Origin: Heterodontus francisci
Taxonomy: Eukaryota
Assembly: GCF_036365525.1 (NCBI RefSeq)
Contig: NC_090416.1
Location: 14,976,945-15,040,944, forward strand
Reading direction: 5' to 3'
DNA: 64,000 bases
Made by a program: the position numbers and the translations under genes. Positions 63,304 to 64,000 of this stretch are shown one piece after another. Numbering within the stretch: the stretch's first letter is position 1; each line of letters starts with the position of its first letter. The notes under the pieces are model-generated. The model was not told the DNA's origin, searched no databases, and saw only the letters and a program-made list of their open reading frames with translations.

Positions 63304-63819
63304 ATGGCTGCAGTGATGCATCTCCTGTGGGCCCTGCTGCTCCACTTAACAGGTGAGAGATTGTTTTAGGCACAGATTATCCGTTAAGTCCCGAGAATGG
63401 GACGGTTTTACAGCCATGTTTATTGATGCATTAATGACCTATTTACTCCAAAACACTGAATGTTTTTTTTCTCTTGTGTTTTGTGTTGAAGGTGTCCTGG
63501 CGGTTCCTGTCCTCAATCAGACCCCAATTTCCGACCCAGTCTCCGCCGGTGAGACCTCCCGGTTGAAGTGTGCGATGCAGAACGGCAATGTGGGCAGCTA
63601 CTACATGCACTGGTACCGACAGAGACCCGGGGAGGCTCCGGTGTGGGTGATAAGACATGATCCAAGTGGTAGCATCTATCGAGGCACCGGCTTCACGAAC
63701 TGTTTTCAACCTTCCAGAGACACCTCCAGTAACAGTCACATTCTGACCATCGGCAGCTTGGAACCGGGAGACTCCGCCGTCTATTACTGTGCTACCTGGG
63801 ATGGCTCAGCAGCTACATA
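63304..63819 (+). CDS. Unrearranged Ig light-chain V gene segment, shark type I/NS5 (sigma-cart/sigma-2) class
   Basis: Leader 63304-63352 (MAAVMHLLWALLLHLT). V exon 63492-63819 VPVLNQTPISDPVSAGETSRLKCAMQNGNVGSYYMHWYRQRPGEAPVWV..DSAVYYCATWDGSAAT, open. Confidence 0.93.
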
Positions 63820-63847
63820 CACAGTGAGACAGGGCAATACAAAAACT
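63820..63847 (+). other. Recombination signal sequence, 12-bp spacer
   Basis: CACAGTG + AGACAGGGCAAT + ACAAAAACT directly after the V exon. Confidence 0.97.
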
Positions 63848-64000
63848 GCACCAACAGAACCACTCAGAATTCCAACAGCTACTGAAATATTCCTGCCTGA
63901 GACTGTGGAATGAGCTTCAAAAATATTCCTTATGTAACTTGTGGAAGATCTCACTGGAATTCCATGGGTTTATTTTGATTTTCCCCAATATTTGGGCTAT

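Overview
Repeat-rich, intron-containing genomic DNA from a cartilaginous fish. The Ig light-chain V and C sequences and the HE1-like V-SINE/CR1 repeats point to a shark, probably horn-shark-like (inference). It is an immune locus. It contains (i) three non-rearranging Ig-superfamily receptor genes built as Leader - single-exon V(J) - C1 - TM - cytoplasmic exons: A1 (minus, 451-4196, runs off the window), its inverted duplicate A2 (plus, 32621-36212) and a divergent gene B (minus, 40027-46119, germline-joined FGNGSTLVV J motif); (ii) Ig light-chain parts of the shark type I/NS5 (sigma-cart/sigma-2) class: a V segment with a 12-bp-spacer RSS (63304-63847) and an orphan pseudo-C exon (24068-24384); (iii) two large inverted segmental duplications, relic partner genes head-to-head with A1 and A2, a young CR1 LINE, a decayed retrovirus-like integrase+env remnant, a Harbinger-type Myb/SANT remnant and a (GATA)n array. 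The main candidate system is a paired activating/inhibitory antigen-receptor-like family. A1 has an uncharged TM and an open tail. A2 has an almost identical ectodomain but an intramembrane Arg and stop codons before a YxxL exon. B also has a TM Arg and no tail tyrosine. Exon models were built by hand from GT/AG sites and phase consistency, and no database search was run.
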